From Takakia lepidozioides (lineage: Eukaryota > Plantae > Bryophyta), in NCBI GenBank assembly GCA_030704615.1, contig CM060733.1, forward strand, positions 48,236,001 through 48,300,000: a stretch of 64,000 nucleotides of DNA. The letters are read 5' to 3'. A model generated the notes under the pieces. It saw nothing but the letters and a program-made list of their open reading frames with translations. It was not told where the DNA came from and made no database searches. The stretch's first letter is position 1; each line of letters begins with the position of its first letter. Shown one piece after another: positions 37,884 to 49,423 of the stretch. The position numbers and the translations under genes are program-made.

Positions 37884-39246
37884 ATCCTTACCCCGGACAA
37901 AAGAATCTTGCAAAGAATTAAAACTGTGAGTTTGAGAAGTGTAGAGTTGGGTGGGTAATCGATGCCGAGTAGATACCTGCCCAATACGATCGTGAAAGGC
38001 CCCACATTTGTTGGCAGGCGTGAAATGTCACATCGCAGTGACAAGCCCAGCACGCTTTCCAGGCTTCTTCCTGCCTGCTCTCTCAAGGCTTTCTTGTGTG
38101 CAATCCGCAAAGCTCATCACCGCTGCTGTACTGGGGCTCAGACATCTCTCTCAATTTTCTGCTGAACCAGCGTTCTGTTGCTTTCCGGCTTCTCTTTTCA
38201 TGATATGCTTACAGGTAAGGTTGGACATCCTTTTGCAATGACCTCATCACGCGTGCTCGACTATGCTGATCTCTCGGTTTCCTCTCGTTTCGTTCTGTGA
38301 GCAGAGAAGTGGAGATCTCAAGCTTCATCTGATGCTTCGTAGATTCATTTCTCTAATTAAGCCGATCTATTATCTGTGGTGTTTTTTCTCTTGGACCCTC
38401 GTTTCATCTTGTGAGCAGAGGAGTGCAAACCTCAAGCTTTGCAGTCTCATTGCTCTAAGCTCATCCATTGTCTATGGTGTTAACGTTTTTCTTGGACCTA
38501 GATCAAACTGCTTCAGGAATCACCTGCAGCCGTACGTATTGAACCATATATATAGACGCAGATTACTGTGGTCCAATTACACCGACAGGTGCTCTCCAGA
38601 AATCTGCCCAGCATTTTTAGCTATAGAAGCTCCAACCTCCAATGAATGTCGTTGCCGTAGTTGCACCTGTGTATCATTTCTGTACCACTGTGGTCTTGCT
38701 TACCTTCCTGGATCACGCCCACAGCATGTGGGAACAGCCACATTGATGATATTCACTAGGATCTGATGAGGTTTCCAGAAATTTGGGATGATTGAGCAAA
38801 AGAAATCTCTAACAGAGCGTTCATGTCGAATGGTGCATTTTTTCTCTAGTGTTTGCAGGATTATACGTTTACAGGATCATAATTGTCTTCCGCATCCTTT
38901 CAGAGGTACATATCTACGCACAAGTGAGCCTCTGGGATGTCTTAATATTTGTGCAGAAGGGAGACAGGTCTGAAAGTAGATCTGAGCCACAGGAGAGCCA
39001 CAGAGGGGAGGGCATTCTTGTGATTTATGAATAACCGGGGTTCCTAGTAAATGTCAAAACTTACATGTAATATAAGTCCTCCTGAAAGCTCTTATTGACG
39101 TACATTTGGGTATTACATCAGAGTGGACATTAGAATGGACTCATGAAGCCTGAGATGTGTAAGACCTTCATCGCCATTTTCTATAATGTGTACTTATTCT
39201 GGTGAAGTGCCTTCCTTCAGGTCAGACCCGTCACCAAATTATAGTG

Positions 39247-42200
39247 ATGGCATCCAACTTCCAGTGGGACATCGATGTTCCCGAGTTGCAACAAGCTCCC
39301 AGTTGGGACGTTTCTCAGAGACAAGATTCGCTCACCAGGCTGGATCCCACGGAGAGCTTAGTTTACTACACTCAAACGCCGAACGACTATATGGAGAATT
39401 CTGAAGTTCAAGGCGGAATGCAAAACCTACGCAAGGAAAGTAAAGGCAAGGAGAAGGTCATGGAGCCCGAGGAATCAGAGGAAGATAGACATTTTCTTAC
39501 AACTAACCATGTTGCCGCTGAGGTGGATCTCTGTCAGGATGGACCAGGCAGAGCGCTGACCTTTATGGACAGAGAGACTCATTCAGATCAGAAGAGATTC
39601 GAGGAGGTAGTGCTCATGACTATAATCCTCTTTGCGGTTTTAGTTCTGAAAATGTGATATACTGTCTCGTTCTATTCGTGCAGATCTAGTATTTAATCTA
39701 GCGCTTAGGTCACCATTCGGGTCTAATCGCTACTGAACTGGATTTCCCTCAGGTTAGAATGATTGCGGAGCTGCAGCAGTTTTTCGGCTTTTCGGACACA
39801 GAAAATGCAAATCTGCAGAGATCGGACTACCAGGTACCACTACTAAAAATGTTTTTCCATCCAGCTTGAGATGGTCATCTCCTCTTTACAATAGTACCCT
39901 AGAAACGAAAGTGTGATAGCTGATACTGTCTTCAACTCTCCAATGTTGTAGACTTTTTTCCTGTTTTTATGACCTTTCAAAAACCACCTCATTTCCTAGC
40001 TACATATTGGGGTACTACATGTGGTGTATTGATCATTTTCCTGACATGGATGCAATTTAAATTGGGTGATCAATCATGCAGACTGACTGGGACAACGAGC
40101 TTCGGGAAGAAACAGACTGGGAAACTGAGAAACAGAAAGCAAAAATTGTAGCACACCCCTTATATCCAGACCTGATGGCAGCCCATGTGGCTTGTCAACG
40201 GGTCGTGACACCTATGGATCAGACCCCATACCTTGACTGGCAGTTGGCGCAGGCTCAAGCTGAAGCAACCAATAAGTATTGTGTTGTGTACCGTGATGAG
40301 CTCGATACCACCCCAGAAGAGAAGGCGGAGCTTGATGTATTCATGGTAAGGAACCCCTAATAATTAATAGAAGATGGGATTCCAGTACCTAGATCAGTCA
40401 CCAAGGTTCAATTTACGGAAGAGTAGGCTTTAGAGTCAGTCACCTACTGGAAAGCACCTACTGGAAAGCTCAACAGCGTTCTTTCCTTGAAAGCTACAAA
40501 GTCATATATATGTGGCATGAACTATATGATAGAGCCTACGTGTACCTCAAAGGGCAAGTATCCACAAGAGGACCAGGCTTAATATTATTTAGGCCAACTT
40601 TGCGGTCAGGGTCATCTTTTCTCTGTGTGTACATGGCATCATATGGCCGAGATTTAATGCTACTGAAGAGCTAAGCGACGATTCAATTCTCGGTACATCT
40701 ATTCCAGGTGTACAGAGCATCTGACTCTGTTCTTGGCCGAGCTGCTATCTAGATGGACAACTTCATTTCAGATTCTTGCTTGTTAGCATACATTGACATC
40801 TGTCTTTATGCTGCAAATGGCGCAGCTCCTAGATAGGTTGATTTATGAAGCACTTGTCGTTTGGATTTTGGATTTTGCAGGTCCACGATATTATGCTAAT
40901 CACTGCCTACAAGGATCAGCTGCAGCAACGTCTTAACGGGGCTGTGAGAGAAGCTATGATGTTCTGCTGGAACACAGAGCAGGAACTCTACAAACTGACA
41001 GGTAAGGAGAACTTGGTGCATGTATGTGTTAGTACGTACTGCAAGATAGGGTAGCCGCGGATTGGAGACACCTGATCCAGGAAATTGAGCTCAAGCCATT
41101 GTACTTCCTTTAGCCTAGCTAGAGGATGTTAAAGGGTCTAACGCCCGAGCTGCGTTGCCTGGTTTATATAAGTTGTACAGAGGTAACTAATTTGGAAGGG
41201 CACTATGAACGTCCAGTTATCTGCAAGTTTAAATACTTGGCTGCTCTTATTACAACTGTTCTTGGAAATGTACTTACCCTTGGAAATTAACAATGCGTGG
41301 ACTCTGCAGGAGCATCCCCTGTTTATGGCAAAGGAGCAGCTACTGTGTCTGATAAAGGTGCAAAATTCAAGGGCAAATTCAGTGCAGGTGACCCAAACTT
41401 GGATTATACTAGGGGTTTCGGGCCAGTACTGCGACCTACTGAGACAGACCATTATACAAACGTGGAACGCTTACGTCAGGAGCTCATGCCCGACCTCAAG
41501 GAGGCAAGCATTTATGATTCTGCCTTCACTTTCTTAATGATAGACCTCATACTTGTCTGAACCTTGCTAGTGCTGTAGCTAGCTAGCTTGCGAGTGTAAT
41601 TCTATCACTAACCATCACAGCTTTGAGCAGTGTCTTAATACAAACAAACTGACTGCTCAATTTCGATGCTCTGAAGATGTTAAGCAATCTGTGGAGCAAG
41701 CTTTCGGGTAGCATGCTAAAGATTTTGATCATGATGTTAGCTCGATCGATGGTTGTTGACCTCTCTTGCCTGATTGCTGCAGCCATATATTGTGGATGGT
41801 GTACTGTAGTAGAAAACGCGTACACATGCATAGAAGACTTGTGGGCCACTGGAAGTGATTGTAGTACAAATTTCACAAGTCATGTGCAGGCATACAGGAA
41901 AAAACTCTTTGCGATTCGAGAGGAGATATTGCGCACGGGACGGGTTGGTGAATTGCCGGAAGGCTCCACGACCGTATTGAGGGCCTGGTGGCGTGCGCAC
42001 ATCGAATGTCCTTATCCCACGGTAAACACGCCCGTATCCAACCAGATAATGAGCCAGCGAGTATACAGACTTCTAATGTAACTTCGTATTGCATTTGTAT
42101 TACCATCCTAGATCATCACAATATGAAAAACGACTCATCATTTTGTTGGATTACTTGTATGTACCTTAATATAATTGTTGTACGCTTGTATCTAAGCTGC

Positions 42201-42357
42201 AGGAGGACGAGAAGGAGAGATTCAGCCGACAGACAGGGCTGCCACTGAAGTTGGTGAACAACTGGTTCATCAACCAGCGGAAACGAAACTGGCACGGTAT
42301 TAATCATCATTTCGCGGCATCCTCTTCAGAACGAATCACAAAACAAAAGCTCAGCTG
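39247..42357 (+). CDS. Class II KNOX homeobox protein, copy 2. Exons 39247-39606, 39753-39833, 40082-40345, 40881-41001, 41310-41503, 41890-42021, 42203-~42357 (or read-through to 42547)
   Basis: KNOX1, KNOX2, ELK and homeodomain are all in frame with consistent phases; [13 protein letters not shown]; WPYP is changed to CPYP. Confidence 0.88.
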
Positions 42358-44857
42358 GTACGTGAGAGTACCCAATTTCTCTGATAGGAAACGGTTCTCG
42401 ACCTATATGTCTCTAAACTCTCGAAGGGCAATTCAAGTCATCACAGAAGTCACGATCGTCCACAAATACAGACGATCGTTCAGTCCAGAAACTCTTAACC
42501 ATATTTTCAAGACAGATTTCAAAACCAGTCCAGAAGCTTTTGACTAGCTATCCCTCCATATCTGCAAGTGTCAATGGATCAGGCCATCTCCATATCCGAC
42601 TGCACTATAGAATAGTGGCAGCCAAAGAGGCTAGCGGATATCAAGTTTGGGGCCTTAACTCTACATTTAAGTAGAAGTCTTGACCGTTCCAGACATTGGT
42701 TTGTTTGGGGCCCGCATTTTCCCCTTGTTCGGCTCAATGGCTCAGGCAGTTTGTAGGGAATTCAGATTCCTTGAAACATGAGCGAGAGAAGTTCTCTCGA
42801 GAGAGACTATTAAGTACTGCAAATTAAAGCATTTGTAAACTCAGATAGGCCAAACCAAGGATGGCATGATGTGATAACATTGCATGCATTGCTCCTGCAT
42901 GCATGCAGTAGCATTATCTGGATTCAAACAAGGGGCCGCATGGAACTATTAGAGAGGCTAGATAAGATAGGTAACACAACGAAGAGTCTAAAGCCTTATA
43001 GGTACTCCAAAGAATTTTTTCCCTCTTTTGGTCACGTTTGGGCTTACTAACTTCTGCTTCTGTTTTTTTTTGTAGTGAATTTCACGTGGAGTCTGGCCTC
43101 GGGTCTGCTGGGCCGAGTAACTTACAGCCCATGGCTACCGCTAATTGGCCGAGCTCCAGTTATAGTTACAATCTGCGCCCGGAAGAACAGTGGCCACAGG
43201 ACTTCAATTGATTAAATATCATCATAAGAGGTATACAGTTCGTCCAATCTTGACCAAGCATCTTAAGCAGACTCTATTACCAAGAAAGTTGCCAAGAAAG
43301 ACTTTGCCCGGTGACCAAACCAAATTCACTTCACTTTTGTAGTAACATTGATCATAACTGTTGTAGATTTCAGTGTAACTACACTAAGAGTACCTGCATG
43401 CCTAGAATATGACTCAGGCTAACTAAATAGGTTGGAAGTTCATGCATACCCCGGGATGGGAGGATTTACCTCTTCAGTGGACTTGAATAAGTACCGGGAC
43501 TAGATTTTGGACTTGCGCCCATTGTGACTAGTAACAGCATATCTCCATGGAGTTTGATCCTAGAATGAACATCAACAGATCACTCGTTATATTGGGCGAC
43601 ATGACCTAAATAGAATCACACTCTCCACTGCAGTGTTCCGCTAGTTGTCAGCTGTGAGCGGTAATCAAATGCTGAGCAAATGCTCGGGAAAGACATCTTT
43701 GAGGACCAGGTCAAATCTCTGGGACATGTGGTGTACCATAAAATACTCTCCGACCCTCAGGTACCTGTCCTCAACAGTCTGTCCCAAGTAGGTCCTTCCT
43801 GGGGTCCTTAGGAGGTCCTTCGCGCTCTAGTAGCTGCCAGTACTGGCGTAACTGCATCCTTCCTCACTGGGTGCAAAGTACCCTCTGATCCATGGACGAG
43901 AATCACCAATGTCCTCCCGCCGCAGTTCCCTGAAAAGGTTTTGCATCGCTGTCAATGCAGATCAAGGGACCGCTAGCCCCTCCTCAACCCCTGCAGGCCA
44001 GACCTTCACCTCAGTCATCAACATAATCTTTGAACGAACTAAGAAATCGAGAGAGACGAGGAGTGACTACACTACACTTGTGCTTCGCTTCTCTCTCTCT
44101 CTCTCCTTCGCTCTCTCTCACCCGGCTATACATCGGTTGCACACACGCCGGGTTGACGCCCATCCCTGCCCCCTTCAATTTGCCCGCTGTGCTACTACCG
44201 TAATTCCACCTTTGCATTTTGCACCCGTTCTTGAGCCTTTTTTTCTTTTCTTTTTTTTGTTTTTTTAAGAGGGAAACACCAGGAAGCGACAACTCACAAA
44301 TTTTTCTTTTTAAGAAAATAAAAAGAAAACAGGGGACAGAGGCCCTGACGGAGCCATTCTTTTTACAAAATATTGTTCACTGCTTGTTAAATATATGATT
44401 ATATATATTCTAATTGATCCCTGAAGCTGACAGTTAACCACCCTAAGAGGAACCCCCGGATAACAGCTTTCTTTTTAGTTGTGAGCTGTTCAGAAGGATT
44501 TAAATATGATAAAATTATAATGTCTTACAAATATCTTGAGAGTATCTTTTCATGTGACCTGTCCATTTCCGCGGCCCAATGATGGTAGGTAGTTTGTGCA
44601 ACCCAACTAAGCTACCGAAACAAACATACATTAAAAAAATCAAGTGCGGGAAGCCCAAAGCAAAACCTGCTGAGCACGTTTGTGGTCCCTCACCGCTGGC
44701 CCACCCTTTGCTTTTTACCTCCCCAAGACCTACCGAGGCGGGCTTGTCTGTGCCTGCCTGCGCCGGACTTGTGATGGGTATTGAGAGTGAGGGAAAGGAG
44801 GGTTTGTGAGCCTGTGGGCCAAGTTGGTGATGGCCAGTGATAGTTGGAGAAATGAGG

Positions 44858-45025
44858 GCACATATGGGGAGGTACATGAGTCATTGGATGATGGAATGAG
44901 GGTTTCATAGATAACACATATGGGGAGGCACATGAGTCATTGGATGATGGAATGAGGGTTTCATAGATAACACATATGGGGAGGCACATGAGTCATTGGA
45001 TGATGGAATGAGGGTTTCATAGATG
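44858..45025. repeat. 56-bp tandem repeat, three copies
   Basis: CACATATGGGGAGG(T/C)ACATGAGTCATTGGATGATGGAATGAGGGTTTCATAGATAA repeated. Confidence 0.92.
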
Positions 45026-46692
45026 ATACTCGTGACCTGCCCTTAGACATGACCAGCGGGTTTCTATAAGAAGAAACCGTTTATAGCCATGTCCAGCAAG
45101 GGAAAAACGAGTATAGATTATGTATGTGCGTTGGGCAACCAAAATCTTTGTTTCCTCACAGCCCCGGCCTGGTGTGCTTTTAATGTGTTTTCTCATTGAC
45201 GGGTCCGGCCCCTAGGTCATGTCCTCAGTGACATAACCGCCCAACACTCGTTAGCACCACAAGTCCTTTGGTTGGTATCCTTGAACAATATGAGCAATCC
45301 TATGCAGCTTGTTTTATTTTTGTATTTCGCCTTTTTCCCTAAGGTTCTTGCTACAAGTAAGTGTGCCATCCTTATCACTGGATAATGTTGTAGCCAGATT
45401 TGAACCCAGGTTTCATGGGCAATGAATTGCCCGCAATTTTAAAGGCGTTCCATAAGGGTAGAATATTTTAGAGTATTTAGAGGTGCATCCCAATAAATCA
45501 ACCCATCCATTGGCGTGGCAAAAATCGTTTCCCTACCTTTCAGTCGATTTTTTGTGGTGTCTTATCAAGTAGCATTGTTGCAAGGCCCACAGACTGTTGG
45601 TCACCAAACAATGGTAGATATTATGGTTGAGGTATTCGTCCTCATCCCCTAAGTCAACCGGTCTGTTAGTGGGTGCATGATGTTAGCAAGGACGATGGGG
45701 ATGGTCTCCCTGGCCCCTCATGTTTTGAAGGCCCCATTCTGCGGTTTGTTTTTGGGGCCTGCTGGGAGTGTCATGGAATCTAGGCCCATGCGCACTAAAG
45801 AATAAATAAGTGCCTGAGTTGATACTTGGGTTACTTACGATTGTGGAGTTCTTGGTAGCCCAAAAGTTATTGTTTATTTCGAATGAGGAGATAGTTTTAG
45901 ATACACGTAAAATTCAAACTCATAATTTCTATATATACCCATGATATAAATAATACTTTATGGTTTGGAATTTCTTCTTTAGATAGATTTTAGAATACTA
46001 GTACAGGTTCAAGCTCCGGGATGGTGTTTTCTTTTTTAAATAAAATACAATGAAATATATATATATACGTGAAAGTTTTGGACTCATCCCTAGCTGGATA
46101 TGTGCCTCTCTTGAGGGTTTTAAATACTTCCTCTTTCAGTTATAGATATATATCATGTCCAGTTAGGTACCCACCCATCTGCTGTGACCAAAATCAATTG
46201 GCAACTTTAAACGTGAGTTTTTGGAGACAAGAAATGGATGATAAACGCTGTTGGATAGTGTAAGCCTGGGTTCAAATCCTGGATACTGCATTGCAGGGTG
46301 CTCATACAGCTCTTATTTGTGGTTACCAATATCTTAACTATTAGGGGAAGCCGCTTTAACTATGTTTATGTGAGACCAACCCCTTGGGGCTTTCGATTGC
46401 ACTTGATTACTAGCCCAAATTATCTTAAATTGAAGTAGCAGCAAACCCCGATTCTCATGACAGGGAACTTATCTGATTATTAGTGATATATGCCAGTCAT
46501 AAAAGCTAGGTAATTATCTCATTGTTACAGCCGAAAGTTATATGCTAGGCTGAGGAAGAAATTATTTACATAGATGATGTCATTTAGGCTTACATCAAGA
46601 AATGACCATGAGATGTCTACCAGGTTGAGAGAGAATAGATTCTTCATGTACTAACTACTAGTGATTCAACCTGGTCAAAGTATAAGCAGACT

Positions 46693-46957
46693 GCTTTAGC
46701 GGACCGAGATCGACTTTGATTTGATACTTAGTTGTAGCTTAGACTGCACAAGCTGATCCTGAGATATGTATGAACTGATAGTCTAATAAGGTCCATGAAA
46801 CTTGCAAGAAATAGACTTGCAACTGGTAGCTATAACTCGGTTTCTTGAAAGTTTCTTTGACAGTATTAGACTATCACTTCATATATTTCAGGATCAGCTT
46901 GTGCAGTCTAAGCTACAACTAGGTATGAAATCAATGTTCATCTCGGTTCGCTAAAGC
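46693..46957. repeat. Long imperfect inverted repeat (fold-back)
   Basis: Arms of ~120 bp; a 34-bp stretch TAGTTGTAGCTTAGACTGCACAAGCTGATCCTGA has a perfect reverse complement. Confidence 0.88.
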
Positions 46958-49423
46958 GTCTCAAGCTGGGGAAGGGAAAGGTGGCGTAGGCCAGGATGAA
47001 CCAAGATCGTTTCATTAGGTGTTGTGATCGATTAGAAGTCCATTTACAAAGGTATCTATGTTCCAATGACTTGTCTTTTCTGAATTAGTTCATCTAGCTA
47101 ATAAGAGGTTGATCAGCAAAATGACCTTTAGTTATTATGCAGCCTATGTACATAGAACCCAATGCACTGATTACGCCTAGTGTAACCACTAACCGCAACA
47201 TATTGTCAAGTTTTCTTAGTGAGATATTAATGAATTAATTCATGACAGCTTACGGCTAAAATCTACATTCACCCACTCCAAAATTGAATAATAGATATCG
47301 AATCTTAGCTAAGACTAAAATAATGGATTGTCTTCGGCACGCGGCGGGACATTTCACATCACAGTGACAAGCAACGCAAGCTTTTGGAGGATGTCACATC
47401 GCAGTGACAACCCAAACAAAGCTTAGAGGCCCTACATCCCGCATGCGGAGGCCTGCCTCTCGTTGTCGTAAACCTTATCTGTACCCTTGGGGGTGCAAAA
47501 TCTCTTTAAATTGCACTGTTGATCCCATGCATCAGTGTTCTCTCTCTTTGTAGCTTTTCTTTGCAGGTAAGCCTCGACGTCCTGATCAAGTCATCTCATA
47601 TGTTTGTGGTGACCTGACCTCCTTTCGTCTTGTTAGCAGATCTTAGGCTAGGCTTGAGGGATTTTCATTTCATCAATCTCCTCTATTGCATGTGGTGTCT
47701 CTTTGCTTGGATCTCTATCAAGAAAAATTGTGTCACAGATTGACCACAGCCACATTGTCATTTATTATTTGCATCCACCTATAGGTGCTTTCCAAAAACC
47801 TGCCCAGTGGTTGGCATTTTCGTTGTTGTCATTGATAGACACTCTGATAGACTAAAGTGTGACTAAAGTAGGAAATCTCTTTCATTTGTTTCCTATGGAT
47901 ACATGAGTGTCATGTGGCATTGCAGCTTTGCTTTCAAAGACAGAATTCAAGATGTTTGTACATATTATAAGCTCCTGCAACCGATGTCTAGTTAATGTAA
48001 TATGTGTTCTTGGTTGTGTCCTAAGGTGCTCTTGCCTCATGTATCACACATGTACTGAGGGTTGAAATATTCTATCTCGGTTGTGCTAGCCTACAAGACA
48101 AGCCTCTATATTTGTGTACTGAACACTTACATTTGTTTTCTGTAAACTTGCAGTATGTCTCATCCTTTCAGAGGTACAGATCTGCTCTCAGGTGAGCCTC
48201 TAGGACCTTCTCATATGATGTGCAGTGAGGTAGTTGGTAGTAGATCTGAGCTATGTCTAGGTAGGGGAGACATTCTTGTTCAATTAATTCCTCAGGTTGC
48301 AGTAAATGATTTCTCTATAGGCCAAGTTTCTCAAGATCATGTTATCGAGGTGTAAATTCTACATATTAATTCTAGACACAGCTTAACAAACTTGAAGGGC
48401 AATGATTTATTCCACGTTTCCAAATTGGTAGTACAAGATTGATCATAGGTTTTGTTTCGGATGGTTTCAAGATTTTCTTGCTTCCAATTGATATCGTATT
48501 CTAACTGTAGGGTAAGTGCAGACTACACTGGCTCAAAAGCGGCAGATGTGCCCTCCACTGAAAGTCCATGAGAAAATATTTGCTACCATTTTAATTAAGG
48601 ATATTTGTTCAAATACATTTTTATCTTCATAGGTAATGGTATACTAATCATATTTAGTAAATGGTCTCATCCCAAATATTTGAGATATTTTCTATTATAT
48701 ATTTTTTAGACATTGTTTTTCCTTATTTAGAAATAATAACTATTTATTATTATCTTGTAGTTTATGAAATTTTTCCATATAACCATAATAACGATATATA
48801 TATATTCTTAGCAAAGATATCCACCCAAATATGGAAATTTCAAAATGCTATGGACAAATCGTCATTTTGGGGGTTTTTGTTTGTACAAAAAAGTCCATAG
48901 TGTCTTGATGGATGGATGGAATTGTTCACAAATTTATATTTGTGTCTATTCAAACATTGTGTATCTAGTTGTAAAGTTCATATATGAATTGGTTTTGCAC
49001 AAATAGGTTTTTCAAATGGCATTTGGGACAATAGATGGACTGTGACAGTCCATTGGAATTCCATGCAAAAGTCCATAGCTTCATGAGATTTCATCCAAAT
49101 TCCAAAATAATTGTACCCACATGTACATATGGTAAGTGGCTAATCCATTCTAAGTCCATTTGCTATAAATATATATTCATGTGTATAGGGTGCAGAATAA
49201 TATGACAAGCAATCAGTCAAAAATTGCAAATTGCAGTCCAAACTGAGCCACTCTAGTCTGCATCTACCCTGTAGTTTGGAACCCCAAAAGAATGACGCCT
49301 AGGTAGGACTGCAAACCCCCTGATTTCATCCCATTTGTCATTCTTTTACATTAGGTATTTATTCCAAGAAGTTGACGTTGTCTTCTTTCAGGTCACACAC
49401 TAGAAGAGCCAGACATTAGCAAG

